From positions 155,250,001-155,314,000 of the forward strand of contig NC_058368.1 in NCBI RefSeq assembly GCF_018350175.1: 64,000 bases of DNA, written 5' to 3'. The notes beneath the pieces were generated by a model. The model was given only the letters and a program-made list of their open reading frames with translations, did not search any database and had not been told where the DNA came from. The DNA comes from Felis catus (Eukaryota). Of the stretch, positions 25,398-39,027 are shown in pieces. A program made the translations under genes and the position numbers. Within the stretch, counting starts at the first letter, position 1. Every line of letters begins with the position of its first letter.

Positions 25398-26402
25398 AGA
25401 ACTGGCAACTAGAAAAACCTTCACTAACCACCTCCACATGATACAAATTATTGTCTTTGTACTCCCTCAAAGTGATTTGAACTACATTACCTACTCTTGC
25501 ATTCTCCATTTTCCCTAATATAGATTTTATATCTCCAGCAGCTGCATTTTAAACTCTTCAAAGACAGTAGCTCTTTATTTACAGTTAGACTCTCAACAGA
25601 TACTTGGGAACGAACAAATGAACAAATGGATGAATGAGTGAAAGGCTAATTCAGACAAAGTCCCATTCATTAATGAGGCTTGTTTGCTACCTACCTTCTT
25701 CCCTCCTACCCTCAATGTTCTTTGGAATTCTAAGGTTCTGCAAGCACGGGAGAGCATTTGGGTTTGAGCTGATATCCCAGTATACCACCCACAGCAAAGA
25801 TCAGGCAAACCTGCATGGTGTCTTCCCTTGGTGACAAATTGACTAGTGGTCAGTAACAAATGAATGCCTACGAACTTATCTATACCATAGATACCTTTAG
25901 CATTTGTATGAAGTCTGCAGTCCTTCTGATCTGACGAGCTGATGATAAGGTTTAAGAGCAAGTCAATACCGTAAATGATTCCACTTTGAAACATTTTCTA
26001 CTAGTTCTCTCAAGCTCCTGAGTCAGTTTCATTGAGGAGTATCCTGGGATTGCAAGGCAAACTACTTTTGTGTGAAACGATATTTTCTTGATACACTATC
26101 GGGCAAGCAAAGTAGAAGACAGAAATGAATTGGATTTGAGGCTGCTATGTGCCTGCAGCTGTCATTCAGAGTCCCGGATTTCAGATTTTTCATTCGTCAC
26201 ATCACATCTTCATAGCTATCATCGACTAGCTATGAAATAAGGGAAAGTGACATATTTGGACTTAGTAATTAAAAACACTTTTATTTATATATTCAAGTTT
26301 TATATCAGATTTCATTTTTTTCACTTTAAAATGACTAAGGCATTCCTAGTGAAGGCAATGACGTCTGTCAAGAACTTGTGAGGTTTTTAAGTAACCTACA
26401 CG

Positions 26403-26500
26403 TTTCATTCATTCACAGTCATTCGACAAGTATGTCCCAGCACCTGCACATTGTCTGGTGCTGGAAAATAGCTGTGAATCAGAGAATCACATTCCTGCCT
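26403..26500 (-). mobile_element. LINE-2 3' end
   Basis: ttcattcattcacagtcattcgacaagtatg...cagcacc...tggtgctgg, typical of the antisense L2 tail. Confidence 0.6.
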
Positions 26501-27324
26501 CCACTCTAGACGACTGGCATAGTAGAGTATCTATAGTATTTTCTTTTTAACTTATCACAATAACTGTGATCAGGGCACTTGGTCCTCAATTTCATACATG
26601 CCATGGAATACCAGCAAAATGAACTTTCAGAACCAAAATATCCACAAATTAACTGCCTCACTCATAAAAAGCTGTGTGAGTTACAATATTACTAATGCAG
26701 GTGAAAGCACCTCTTTCTGAGGTAAACACTCCCTGTATCTTCCACTGTTCCTCTGGTTTCCAGGTCCCTAGCAGCCCTGTTTGCCATTTCCCTGCTGCTT
26801 TCTAATCTGTGGACCCCCGCGCGCAAGGTGTCTGCTGGCTGGGGGGTGGAAAACTCCAGAACTGGCTTAAGCACTGGTTGCAGGAGACACAGGCAACGAA
26901 ATCCTGATCCAAATCAACCCAGAGGAGAGGCCTTTCTCCCTAACCTGCCCATGGCTATTGTCCAGATCACCTGCTTGCTGACCAGATTCTGGAATCCGAT
27001 GCTCTCCAACTGGCCACGGGATCGCGGCACAGCCCACGTGAGTGCTATGTACTGTAAGAGAAAGTCAGCCTCCAGTTCTTCCCTCGAGTGCAGAGCGCAG
27101 AGGTCACACCATTCAGTTCAAGTCAATCATCCAGCGAGTGTCAGATTAGTCCCTGTCACATGTAAAACCAAACCTGGGTCTTCTTCTCAAGAAACGCACA
27201 CTTAAACGGGGTGGTTTACAGAGCTTGCTGAGGGATCAGTCAAAACCTTCTGTCATAAAAACCATAGGGGAAGGCCAGCGCCAGCCTGAGTGCCACAAGG
27301 CAGCAACGCAGCCCTACGGCACCC

Positions 27325-27505
27325 AGCGAGGACTCTGGGCCGGAACGCCCGCATTCATAACCCTCCACAGGGGCACATTCCTTAACCATTCAGAACATCC
27401 TTCTATAAACGCAGAAGACAAAACAGGGCTTCCTCACAGTACCGTTGGAAGAATGAAGTGAGTTCGTGCACGCAAACCCGTTAGCTCTCAGCCTGGCGCA
27501 AAACC
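27325..27505 (+). mobile_element. MIR (unusually GC/CpG-rich copy)
   Basis: Collinear with the recalled MIR consensus: ggactctgg...gggcacattccttaacc...cctcacag...gaatgaagtgagtt...ttag...gcctggcgca. Confidence 0.6.
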
Positions 27506-29629
27506 CTGGTGGCTGTGATCCTGGGACACATCACACCAAGGCCTGGGCACTCCAGGCTCAGAACACTGGCCCACCACCGTTTGCTTATTTCCGGCCACGT
27601 GACTTTCCCCCAAAGAAACATGAAGACACACATTAAACAGTGGGAGAGACAGTGAAAATATTTACAAATGGTATCAAACGCCAGGCTCATACTAAAATTG
27701 TGACATTTAGTTTCTTCTCCTCAGTCCCTAGTACTAGTATATCAATCACGGGGAGAAACGCATTCAGATTATTAGACTGTCTCAGGGCACCTGTGGCCTT
27801 TGTCTGTTTTACAAATTCCTCAAAATTCTTTTCTAAAAATGGATGAGACTGTAATTCATTTTTAATGTGCAAGAAGAATTGTAAGAAATGCAAAAGCCTC
27901 TTAGGTGATATAAAAATTGAAAATGCTCCATAAAAAGGACCCACTTAAATGTCTGACTTGTAAAAGTAAATGTCGTTTTAAAATTTTTCATTTGTCACAC
28001 TCCATGAGGTCTCTCCTGCCTGCCAATGCCATGCGAGTCCCTCCTGGTGCTCTCTGGAGTGTGGGGACAGCATGGCCACCAGCGCTTCTGCTGGTGTGCT
28101 GCTGGATACGCGAAAATCCACCTCGCCCATGGGCTGTTGTTACTACTCTTCCCCAAACTGGCTACTGTAAGAAATTTTCATCCACCTCCTGCATTTTACA
28201 GCTACCCAGACAGAGATGCTGCCCACGTCACTCATCCAGATAGATGCAGAGCAAGCACCAGACTCCTGCTTCCTGAGGACTCCCAGTCCAGTGCTCATGC
28301 CACAAGACCAGGCTTACACACTGAGATGCACCAGAGAGAATGCCCAGTACCAACTTCTAGCTATAAGGTCTTACTTAGATCAGAACCTTGAAAAGCCTCT
28401 GAGTGCTGGGTATAATTTTGGCCCCAGCACCTCCGGGACCTCTGTGGAAATATCCTCCCCCCACCCCCCACAACTCTAGCAAGCTTCGGCCCTCCAGGAC
28501 TCCTGAATTAATGCCAAGCACACGTTGCCAGAATATCCCTGAGAACCAGTGCTGCCCATGGTGGGACAGGATGGCTTCCAGCTCAGCCAAGCAAACCTGT
28601 TCTCTCAGAATTTCAGCAACCACCAACCCAGGGAGAGAGTAAGCCATCTGTAGGCACCGTGGGCTGGTTTGCTGCTCCTAAGTTCATGCCTCACACTGAG
28701 CTGCCTTCACTTAAGGGCTGCCAAAGTTCTTCAAAGTATGGGGATGAAAATCTTCATAAAACAAACACAGAAATCTATTACCAGCAGTCAACAAATGCTG
28801 GCGCCTTGACGAATGGCCAACCTGCTGGCATCCAGAAAATGTGCCATGCTGACAAGTGACTCTTTCAGAGGAGCCCTTCGCTTAAATGAGGTGTGTATCC
28901 ACCACAGCAGAACACGTGGGGAAGTTCAAGGATCAATGAGGCCGCTAATTAAAGCAGAGCATCAATCCCCTGTGTTTAGAATGCATTTACAGATCCAGCA
29001 CTTGTCAGCTCACCCAAGCTCTCTGAATCCATGATTATAAAATGTGTCAAGTCGTGCTGTGGATGTCAGCAGACTCCGCCCCCTGCCTGAACTGCTGCTG
29101 GGGGTGCAGAGCTGGCCAGGCCCTGGTGGGGGGGAGGGGAGATGCACCTAGTGTTCTATGGCATTGCACCTTGTCTGGGCAGGCAAGCCCATGGTCACTC
29201 CCCGGAAATGCACAGGAGGATAGTTCACCCAGTTTCAGAATCACGTACAAAACCTGAACTCGCCCACCCAAAATGCAGATGTGGAATGTAAAGCTATTGC
29301 CTAAACAGATTAGGATGAGAAGTCTCCTTAATAATGAAAATCTTTGGCAACTTAGCCTGAAATTCTGCAGAAACCTTCAAGGGGATTTTAAGAGAAGAAG
29401 ATTTTTTAATCATCATTTTTAATGAAAGCCACATCCCCTCCCAATCCACCTCTCCACAAGATACCCAAACTAATGCCCCCAGCAAGTTTTAATATCTTTT
29501 TGTATTTATCCTTTTATTTACATTTTTAGTCTTACGTTTTTATTGAAACAAAGATTAGTTATAGAACATTTTGTTTCCAGGTTAATTTCAAAACAAGCCT
29601 TTGCACTACTGGCTTGCATGTATATATAG

Positions 29630-29852
29630 AGGAATTTTTATATGTACTTATATTTGCAAAATATATAAAAGTAAAATATATAAAAATTTATAAAAATGCA
29701 TATTATATATAACTATATAGGCAATATAATATATAATGTATGTATGTTATATAATATAAATACAAACTTTATTATATATTTATATAACATGTATGCGCCA
29801 ATTTTATATACTATGTGTATACAAATTTTAATATATATATATATATATATAT
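29630..29852. repeat. AT-rich low-complexity tract ending in (TA)n
   Basis: Read directly. Confidence 0.9.
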
Positions 29853-30539
29853 TTCAATGCCTATAGTACAAGGACACTTCTGTTTTCTAACACCTTTGAA
29901 GAAATACAGGAAGCTCAGAGGAATGAGATGTATTCCCTAATCTTTAATCTTCATATTAATAGACGGGTTTGAGTAACTAAGAGTTTGCAAAACATAAACC
30001 TACAATCCCCACCTGGCCCTGCAGGCAAAGTGCACCTAGCTCCCAGGGACAGGCCTCCCCCTCTGTGAGAGAAATGGTGCTTTATACCATGTTGCTGCCT
30101 AATATTTCACGTACATTTTGCAGACTCATTTTCCCAGCATTCTGTTGTTTCAGCTGAACCGTTCATGCCACAATATTTTTATAAGCTCTGAGGCTGAAAA
30201 AAGTTCCCATCCAGGCAGGATATATGAACCTCTTAGTTTTCTGATGCAAAAGTAACATTTCAGATTATCCTCATGCAAAAGAAAACCACTTTCCTTATGC
30301 TGGCAGGTGACTGGGAGAGTGGAGACTTGAACAAGGATATGAAATACAGGTAATACTTCTGTAGTGCCTTCTGCCACGGCATATGGGCAACAGCTGCCTT
30401 TAGGCTCTGCTGAGATTAAATCGGTGTTTTCCACCTGGATGTGGGGCATGGAGAGGCTTCTGTGAGAGATAGAGGCCACAGACAGGAGGTCCACACTCCC
30501 ACTAGGTGGCCACAGTCTTGTAAGGACCGTATTTCACAC

Positions 30540-30810
30540 TAAGCATGGTGGGTAAGAAGAGCCAGAGCTCTGGAATCAAGAGACCTGAGCTTGAATCCCA
30601 GGTCTGCTACCTGTGCAGCCACAGGCAAGTTACGTAGGCTCAAATAGCCGTAGCCAATTGTGCAATCTCAGACAAGTTTCTTAACGTCTCTGTGCCTCAG
30701 TATCCTGTCCTAGAAAACAAGAATATTAGCAGTTCTGTTCTTATAGGTGAGGACTGAATGGTTAAGAGAGATAAAGCTCTTGGAATAGAGCTAGCACATA
30801 AGACAGCTGT
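30540..30810 (+). mobile_element. MIR
   Basis: gagacctgagcttgaatcccaggtctgctac...acaagtttcttaacgtctctgtgcctcagt core. Confidence 0.8.
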
Positions 30811-31593
30811 TTCAGATGGTTCCGAAAATCCCAGCTTGAGAAAGCCCTCCAGGAAAAGATGAAGAGGGGGAAGAAAGAAGCTAAGATGGGGACAATGGGA
30901 GGAAAAAACGAGCAAACATTGTTGCCCTTGCCTTTGAAAACACTTGGTCACACTGGCTTCTGTGGAGTCGGCTCTTAGTGCCTCTGCTTCTGAATTTGAG
31001 CTGCCAGGCAGGATGAGTGGGTCCCCAGGAACTGACCACTGCTGTGGTCACACAGTTGTTGCTTCAATTGCTTTACCATACAATGACTTGAAAGCCTCCA
31101 AACAGAGAACTTTTTTGTAGACATTGATATGGAGAAAAGGCGGACAGAGAATTGAGCTTGAATGCTACAAAAAATAACGTTTAAGCGTTTAAAATTAACC
31201 AATGGTAACAGAAAGAATGTTCTAATTTCAATTAGCTTCCAGAAAGTTCTCCTGTAAGAACAATTCAGTAACCAGTCATTGCATATAAATGTCATATTAG
31301 TGTATGACCATGGGAGCTTTCTAAGCTCAGAGTCTGAGAGCTTCTCTTAAGTGGCTAAGATCTGTCTTCCTACATTCTGAAGGTAAGGGACCAGGGAAAC
31401 CCCAGGAAAAAACAAACCCATCTCATTAAGGCTCTCTGACCTCATCTTTGAGATGGGCAGACACCCCTTACAGCTGAGTCTGCCAAAGCAGTGGGCTCTC
31501 AGGGCAGTGTCCAAAGGTTGCAGTCTAAAAAGGACACTGAATCTCCTTGACATTTGCAACACTCTGAAAATGTAGCCAGAAAGAGAAACATAT

Positions 31594-31832
31594 GGGGTAC
31601 TTGGGCGGCTCAGTCAGTTAAGCATCCAAATTCGTGATCTCGCCGTTTGTGAGTTCAAGCCCCACATCGGGCTCCGTGCTGACAGCTCAGAGCCTGGAGC
31701 CTGTTTCAGATTCTGTGTCTCCCTCTCTCTCTGGCCCTTCCCCACTAGCACTCTGTCTCTGTCTCTCTGTCTCTCTGTCTCTCTGTCTCTCTCTCTCTCT
31801 CTCAAAAATAAATAAACATTAAAAAAAATTTT
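31594..31832 (+). mobile_element. Can-SINE
   Basis: TSD aaagagaaacata at 31580-31592 and 31833-31845. Confidence 0.94.
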
Positions 31833-31949
31833 AAAGAGAAACATAACTATGGAACTCCTTCCAGGAGGAATACAACATATAGTTGAAGTACATTACTTGA
31901 TAAACCTTTGGCAGGGAATATTGATGTCTAATATCCATTCTTGCCTCTT

Positions 31950-32310
31950 TTCATGTGGCCAAGCTGGGAAGGCTGCAGTTTCCTCATGTAGTCATGTGAT
32001 TCGGTTTTGGCCAATGGGTGGTAAGCAGAAATGGTATCTGGAGCTTCCAAATCATGCCCATAAAAAAGAAGAGAAGTGGCCTCTCCTTCTACTGTACCTT
32101 TTCTCCTTCCCTTTGGGTGGATGTGGTTGCAGTAGGAAGCCATCTCAGACTCTGAATATGAACGTCCTGCTGTAGGGATAGCACAGCAACAAGCTAGAGG
32201 GAGTCTGAATCCCAAATACTGTGGAGACAGCATGCTAGCCCCAGACTGCTTACAGGCTGAACCTTTATAGGGCAAACTTGGTATTTGCAGTCTCTGTGGC
32301 CCTAACATCA
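31950..32310 (+). mobile_element. Ancient MaLR LTR (MLT1H-K-like)
   Basis: gtcatgtgattcggttttggccaatggg...gcatgctagccccagactgcttac motifs. Confidence 0.55.
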
Positions 32311-33214
32311 TCTACGTTCTAACTAAAACAGTCTCATTCGGGGTGGGAAGCTGGGGTGAGATCACAAGGGATGTCCTTGAATGAAAATAACTGAACATAA
32401 ACTGCCTTCAAAGGTGGAAAGGCTCCAGTAATGCGGGGTTCTGTTTTGCTTTTTGCAGCAGAGCTGAATTGCCGTGAACAATAAAGAGGACACAGAGCCC
32501 GTGTAACATCCTCCTCAGCTCTTCCCACAGGCAGTGCCCAGCCTAGTCTTCATATAAATGTGACTAAATATTTACAAAATATTGACTTGAAGGCAGAGGG
32601 CCTGGGTGCACATCTCAGTCTTGTCTTGCCTTCCAGGCAAAGTTTTTTTGAGATGTGAGATGTTTGTGAAAGCACTTAGCAGAGTGCTTGCCAAGTATTT
32701 GGGGCTCAGTAAATGTTGCTTTCCTTTCTTCTTGACAGCTGCCTCCTTTTTCTCATAACATAAATGGGGTCTCTAATAGAGGACCTCACTCACTACTCAA
32801 AAATACTTTGGAGGTTCCCTACCTATAATTTCACGTCTTATAAAAGATATAAATGCAGCCCAAACTGCCTATGAATTACTGGAAGGCCAAGTAAACATGT
32901 TTTCTCCAATTTACAAAGTAGGAATGAGGCTTTCTGAAAATTTTGTTTGGGAACCAATGGATGAAAGGATAACCCCATGCCAGGAGAACGAAATTGTTCA
33001 TTAGGGACTCCGAATTTAATTATTTTACATTATTCTCCAAGTTTCTTTCCTTACTGTATTGAAAGGAATGTTCTGGGTCAATGAACCCTGAAGGCCAAAA
33101 TGTGAAAGTGAAAGGAAATACGACATAGGAAAGTATCTTACACTCATTGTGAAAATCATCTTGCTGTGGCCTCATTGGTTCATCCCTCACTCTTCGGATC
33201 TTGACGACCACAAT

Positions 33215-34270
33215 CCATCCAACACACATGCATGAGCACTTCCTGAGACCCACATCCTGTGCCAGGCTCTGAGGATACCAAGACAAAGTCTCTGAAGACC
33301 TTCAATCCACTGGGGCTTCAGACCAGGAAGAGGAATGGAGTGCAAAACAAGCAGAATGAAGGGTAACCAATTCTGCCTCCACAGGGAAGGATTCAACATT
33401 CTAGCTGGGTCTGGAAGACCTGAAAGGACTTTGTGAAGGGCAAAAGACATTCTTGACAGTGACTGATTACAGATCACTTTGGAGCAGTACAGACGCTGAA
33501 GAGAACCGGAGAGAGAGACAAGTTAGACCAATTATAATTGAGGAGTGAAGAATAAAGGCCTAGGTTCAAGAGGTGGTAATAAGGATGCCAACAGCACAGA
33601 ATTTAAAGACAATAAGACATAAAAATAAAGAGAGAGGAGATAACTGCATGATTCTTGGCTGGCTGTATTAGGTAGATGGTGTCTAAATAAAACAAGGCAA
33701 GTAATTGAAGATATAAAACAAATTTAGGAAAGAAGGCACCAAGTTCCGTTTTGAGATAAGTTTGCAGTTCTGCAAGTCATATCCCGAGAGATATCAGGGA
33801 AGCTGTCGGAAGTAAGGGCCTCAAACTCAGGCAAGAGTTTAGGCTGCAGGTTTGGATTGGGAGGTCTTGCCAACACTCACGGTGGCTGAAACAATTGGAG
33901 TAGATGAGAGACACAAGGAGATATGCAGAAATAAGGGTATGGACCAGAGACAGAACCATCAGTACTCCGACACCTAAGCAATGGAAAAGGAATGAAGAAA
34001 AGACTCAGGGAGAGAACACAAAAATGGGGATTTCAAAAAGTAGAGAGTAATCAACGGTCTCAAATACTGTAGAGAGGTCACTGAGAATAAGAACTGAAAA
34101 TAGGCCGGCAAACTTGGCAACTGAGAGATGCCGGTGACCCGTGAGAACCGCTCCAGGGGAGCTATGAAGGTGCAGCCCTGACTGTAGGGAGAGGGGAGAA
34201 ATGAGTGGGCACGAAATAAATTTGGCGAGACTGAGTTACACCTTCAAGAAATGTGGTGGTAAATTGAAGG
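33215..34270 (-). mobile_element. LINE-2 fragment including the 3' end
   Basis: gagcacttcctgagacccacatcctgtgccaggctctg tail; ctcaaatactgtagagaggtca...ttggcaac internal motifs. Confidence 0.75.
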
Positions 34271-34789
34271 AGGGAAATTGAGTGACAGCATGATGGAAGG
34301 TTGTACCAAAAGAAAATAAAACGAAAGATGGAGGAAGATTTAAATACGTTTGCAGGCTGATCAGAAGGGACCAGAGCAGAAGGAGGGGTCAGTGATGCCG
34401 GAAGGAAGGAACCGAGGGAAGGAGATCTGGAGCAGGAGAGAATAGATGGGGTGTGGGACCCTCACTGACTTCAGTCTGTGGGCAGGCATGAGGCATGTGG
34501 GCAGTTATTCTTTAGGCAGATTGCCGTTTATAATAATTATAATAATAACAACAACAACAACAATAATAAACTCACCTAGGTTGGATCCTCGGTGACCAAC
34601 ATGCCAGATTGAACGGTACTGCCCTACAAAATCTAGAAAGTCTAGTTGCCTTCGAACTCCAGGAGATTATGACTCTAACTTGAGAAGCCAACACTGTTTC
34701 CCACTTCTGTCTATACTGATCTCTCCTTAGCGTTGTTTATCACCATAGCCCTCTGCTTACCCTCCACTCTTTAGACTGGTCTAGTCGGT

Positions 34790-34915
34790 AAAACACAGTT
34801 TCTGAGTTTAAATCCAAATTTCACCACTTACTCCTTGTGTGATCATAAGCAAGTTTATAGTACCACTGTGCTTCAGATTCTTCATATGTAAAGCAGAGAT
34901 GTTCGCACGCCTCAG
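34790..34915 (+). mobile_element. MIR
   Basis: ctgagtttaaatcc...ccacttactccttgtgtgatc...gcaagtt...ctgtgcttcagattcttcatatgtaaa. Confidence 0.7.
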
Positions 34916-34995
34916 AGCTGGATCTTCTTGTTTTTCATGGCAATTCACTTATAACTATAAAAACATCTTTATTTCTTAAATTCCTACAGGAGAGT

Positions 34996-35214
34996 GGGGC
35001 GCCTGGGTGGCGCAGTCGGTTAAGCGTCCGACTTCAGCCAGGTCACGATCTCGCGGTCCGGGAGTTCGAGCCCCGCGTCGGGCTCTGGGCTGATGGCTCA
35101 GAGCCTGGAGCCTGTGTCCGATTCTGTGTCTCCCTCTCTCTCTGCCCCTCCCCCGTTCATGCTCTGTCTCTCTCTGTTCCAAAAATAAATAAACGTTGAA
35201 AAAAAATTTTTTTT
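34996..35214 (+). mobile_element. Young felid SINE (SINEC_Fc type)
   Basis: CpG-intact full-length copy. Perfect TSD aaattcctacaggaga at 34978-34993 and 35215-35230. Confidence 0.97.
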
Positions 35215-35399
35215 AAATTCCTACAGGAGAAACAACCACATTGTTGTGATTCAAAAATTCCCTATTTATCCTATTGAAATGATTGTTTCTTTATTATAAA
35301 TGTTTGCAAAAGCAAAAAAAAAATAAAATAGTCAGGATCCCCCTCTAGATACAACACAACTCAGGCCCTACTATTTTTATGAAATCTCAACCACTAGTA

Positions 35400-35890
35400 C
35401 AGTAGGCTTAATAGGGGTTCCCCAAATATTCAGATCTTAATCCCTGGAACTAGGGAATATTACCTTTTTATGGAAAAAGGGACTTTGCAGATGCCATTAA
35501 ATTAAGGATCTCAAGACAGGGATACTGTATTGTCCAGGTGGGCCCAAAATGTAATCACAAGTGTTTCTATAAGAAGAAGGCAGGAGAGATCTGGTCACAG
35601 AAGACAGGCAGGCCATGTAAAGAAATGGAGGGAAGCCAAGTGGAGAAAAAAGACGGTAGTCAGTGCCTTCGAAGATGAAGGAAGGGGCCATGAGCAAGGA
35701 AGGCAGCTCCAAGAGCTGGCCATGGCAAGAAAGTGGATTCTGTCACAGAGCACAGCCCTGCAGACAACTTTAACCCAGTAAAACTAATTTTGGACTCTGA
35801 CCTCCAGAACTGTAAGAAAATTAATTTTTATGGTTTTTAAGTCACTCAGTTTGTGGTCATTTGCTACAGCAACAACAGGGAATTAAGACA
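35400..35890 (+). mobile_element. MaLR solo LTR (MLT1D-like)
   Basis: aatccctggaac...aaagggactttgcagatg...ctccagaactgtaagaaa...tttgtggtcatttgctacagcaac. Confidence 0.88.
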
Positions 35891-37940
35891 ACTGTTTTCT
35901 TCTTGCTGATACCTAGAAGGCAAGTTACCAAGCCCTCTACTTTCAAGAGAAGAAGGCATCAATAGTTACTGATCCTCTTTTATTTCTGGACCACAAAATG
36001 GATCCTCTGAGAGAACCTACCAATACCATCCCAATCAAAGCAGCCTCTCAGACTCTGTGATGGGGGACTGTCCATCCCCCTCTAACCAAGAACCAAAGAG
36101 AAGATTCACATGTGCTAGGGAGAATGGTTTTATGTTTTTAATCAAATGAAATTAACATAATCATTTCAAATTTTACATATAACATAAAGGTAATCAGACT
36201 AAATTAAGATTCCACTTTTTATTTGCCCAAGAAGCAGGGAAATTCAAGTTTATTTTTAAGTACTAATAAAACCTGCAGTGTAAGGAAGTGGTTTCCCAAC
36301 ACAACCCATAAAATAAGGATGTATTTAAAATGCTGTTATTAGATAATTGCCATTCCCACAAACTTCCCCTCACGCATCCTGGCAGCCAGTCACACTCTGA
36401 AGCAAAAGGAAGAAATGGTTTTATGAACAGTTGTTTTTTTTTTTCTTGTGACATTCTGGTGAACAGTAAGATCAGGACACCAATAAAAACCTGCTCCCTG
36501 AAAGAAAAAAATTATTAAATTTTTGTCGAGTGGTCCTAAGAGAACGCATGAAAAATGTACTTCTTCCGGGAGGGTATCTGGGTGCATTCAGGATAGAGTC
36601 AGAACACAAAAGCCTGGAGGTCTCTGTTTTTTACAGTTCACCTTCCTCTTTAGCAGTAAGTACATGACATTTTCTGAATTGTCATAAGGTGTGGTTCGTG
36701 TGCCTGGATAAATGCCTATCTCTGTTTGTCCCTGATCCCACTTGGAAGAAAGATAAAACTTGATTTAATGTATCCTCATTCAGCATCCGAGTGACTTTTA
36801 ATGAAACTTCATTTTAAACACTACTCATGTAATTGTCTATAGCTGAAAATATACCATGAAGAAAATTTACCATGGAAATTTACCAAGGAGATTTGACTCA
36901 TAAGAAACATCTAGATCTTATTCTCAATTTGATATATCAAACCAACTGAGCTCCCACTGTGTACAAAAAAAAAATAAGCTAGATGCTGAAATTGGGGATG
37001 AAGTTCAATGATGAATGAGTCACCTGCCCTGAGTGAGCTTAAAAATCAACCTTTTCTAAAATAAAGATAGAAGGAAGTGAGCAAAGTTATTCAATTCAAA
37101 CCTCGGTTTTCATTGGAGCTTTATGGGTAGTACTGTATGTTTGTTGTGTTACTTTGTATTAGCCTCTACTCCCCATTCTCCTAGTAAGAGTCATGATACC
37201 ACCTCAGTACATTCCATTTTTCAGGCTCTTCATCTATCTGAAATTCCCAGGTATTCCATATTTCAATTGTTCCAGACCTGCTCTATTCCAGCACCATAAG
37301 AATTGATGGCTAGCTTATATTTCTGAACTCTGCTGAAATGGGGTTTTTAATTCTTTGAGATCACAGTTTAAGTTATATATACCAAAAATGGAAATCAAAT
37401 ATAAGCATGCTATCCTCAAATGTGGTAAGAATAACCCTAAACCAGATGTTCTTCTTCTAAAAAAAAATACAAATAAAAATTATAGAGTAAACACCTCTTT
37501 CCAGAGGGCACCAATAAACAGATGAATCAAATTCTATTAGTATTAGTGTGTCCGGTGGTTGAGAATCACATTCTCAATTCCAAATTCCAGCAACAACCCC
37601 ATTAAGAGTCTTTTTGAAAAGCTATGCAACTGGCTTTTCTTCTGTTTGCTCTAACTGGATTCCAGGTTTTCTCCAGTATCCTTTTCTCCTGGTGGGTCTG
37701 CATAAACCGTTCCTCAGTTTTTAGTGTTCTTGTATAATTTATTCTCCTTTTTTTCCCTTGTGTGCATTTCCCCAGCCTCACTAGAAGGCAGCCCTTCTTT
37801 TTCTCCTTTCTTCTTTGGCTTTTCCTTTTGTCCCACAGGTAGTCTGTGACAAAGCCATTTCTAGGTAGTATCTCTAGGGCTCCATCGCACGTGTTTGTCT
37901 GATAATCAAATAGATCTCCTGCCTTTAAAAAACATTGTCA

Positions 37941-38134
37941 GGGGCACCCGAGAGCCCAACTTCAGCTCAGGTCACGATCTTACCATTCGTGGGTTCAAGC
38001 CCGGCATTGGGCTCTGTGCTGACTGCTCAGAGCCTGAAGCCTGCTTCAGATTCTGTGTCACCCTCTCCCTCTCCCCCTTCCCTGCTTGTTCCCTCTCTCC
38101 CTCTCTTTCTCAAAATAAATAAATATTTTTATTT
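37941..38134 (+). mobile_element. Can-SINE with the A-box region deleted
   Basis: ggggcacccgagagcccaacttcagctcagg lacks tgggtggctcagtcggtt. Flanks aaaaaaca(a)ttgtcag. Confidence 0.9.
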
Positions 38135-38154
38135 AAAAAACAATTGTCAGTTCA

Positions 38155-38983
38155 GACCACTTTCTTACACCATACAAAAAAATAAACTCAAAATGGATGA
38201 AAAACCTAAATGTAAGACAGAAAACCACCAAAATCCTAGAGGAGGAAACAGGCAACAACCTTTTTGACCTCGGCCACAGCAGCTTCTTACTTGGCATGTC
38301 TCTGGAGGTAAGGGAAACAAAAGCAAAAATGAACTATTGGGATCTCATCAAGATAAGCTTCTGCACAGCAAAGGAAACAATCAACAAAACTAAAAGGCAA
38401 CCAACAGAATGGGAGAAGATATTTGCAAATGACATAAGAGATAAAGGGTTATTATCCAAAAATCTACAAAGAACTTATCAAACTCAACACCCAAAAAACA
38501 AATAATCCAGTGAAGAAATGGGCAAAAGACATGAATAGACAATTTTCCAAATGAGACATCCAGATGACTAACAGACACATGAAAAAATGCTCAAACATCA
38601 CTCATCATCAGGGAAATACAAATCAAAACTGCAATGAGATATCACCTCACACCTGTTAGAATGGCTCACATTAACAACTCAGGCAACAACAGATGTTGGT
38701 GAGGATGTGGAGAAAGAGGAACTTTGTGCACGGCTGGTGGGAATGCAAACTGGTACAGCCACTCTGGAAAACAGTACTGGAGGTTCCTCAAAAAATTCAA
38801 AAGAGAACTACCCTATGCCCCTGCAATTGCACAACTAGGTATTTATCCAAAGCATACAGGAATGCTGATTCCAAGGGGCACATGCACCCCAATGTTTATA
38901 GCAGCGCTATTGACAATAGCCTAGCCAAAGTATGGGAAAAGCCCAAATGTCCATCCACTGATGAATGGATAAAGAAAATGTGG

Positions 38984-39027
<44 letters not shown>

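Noticed and set aside
36390..36497. GAGFYWC as an Ig V-domain motif
   Set aside because: It lacks the D of D-x-G-x-Y-x-C, and there is no upstream Ig framework in frame. Probably chance.
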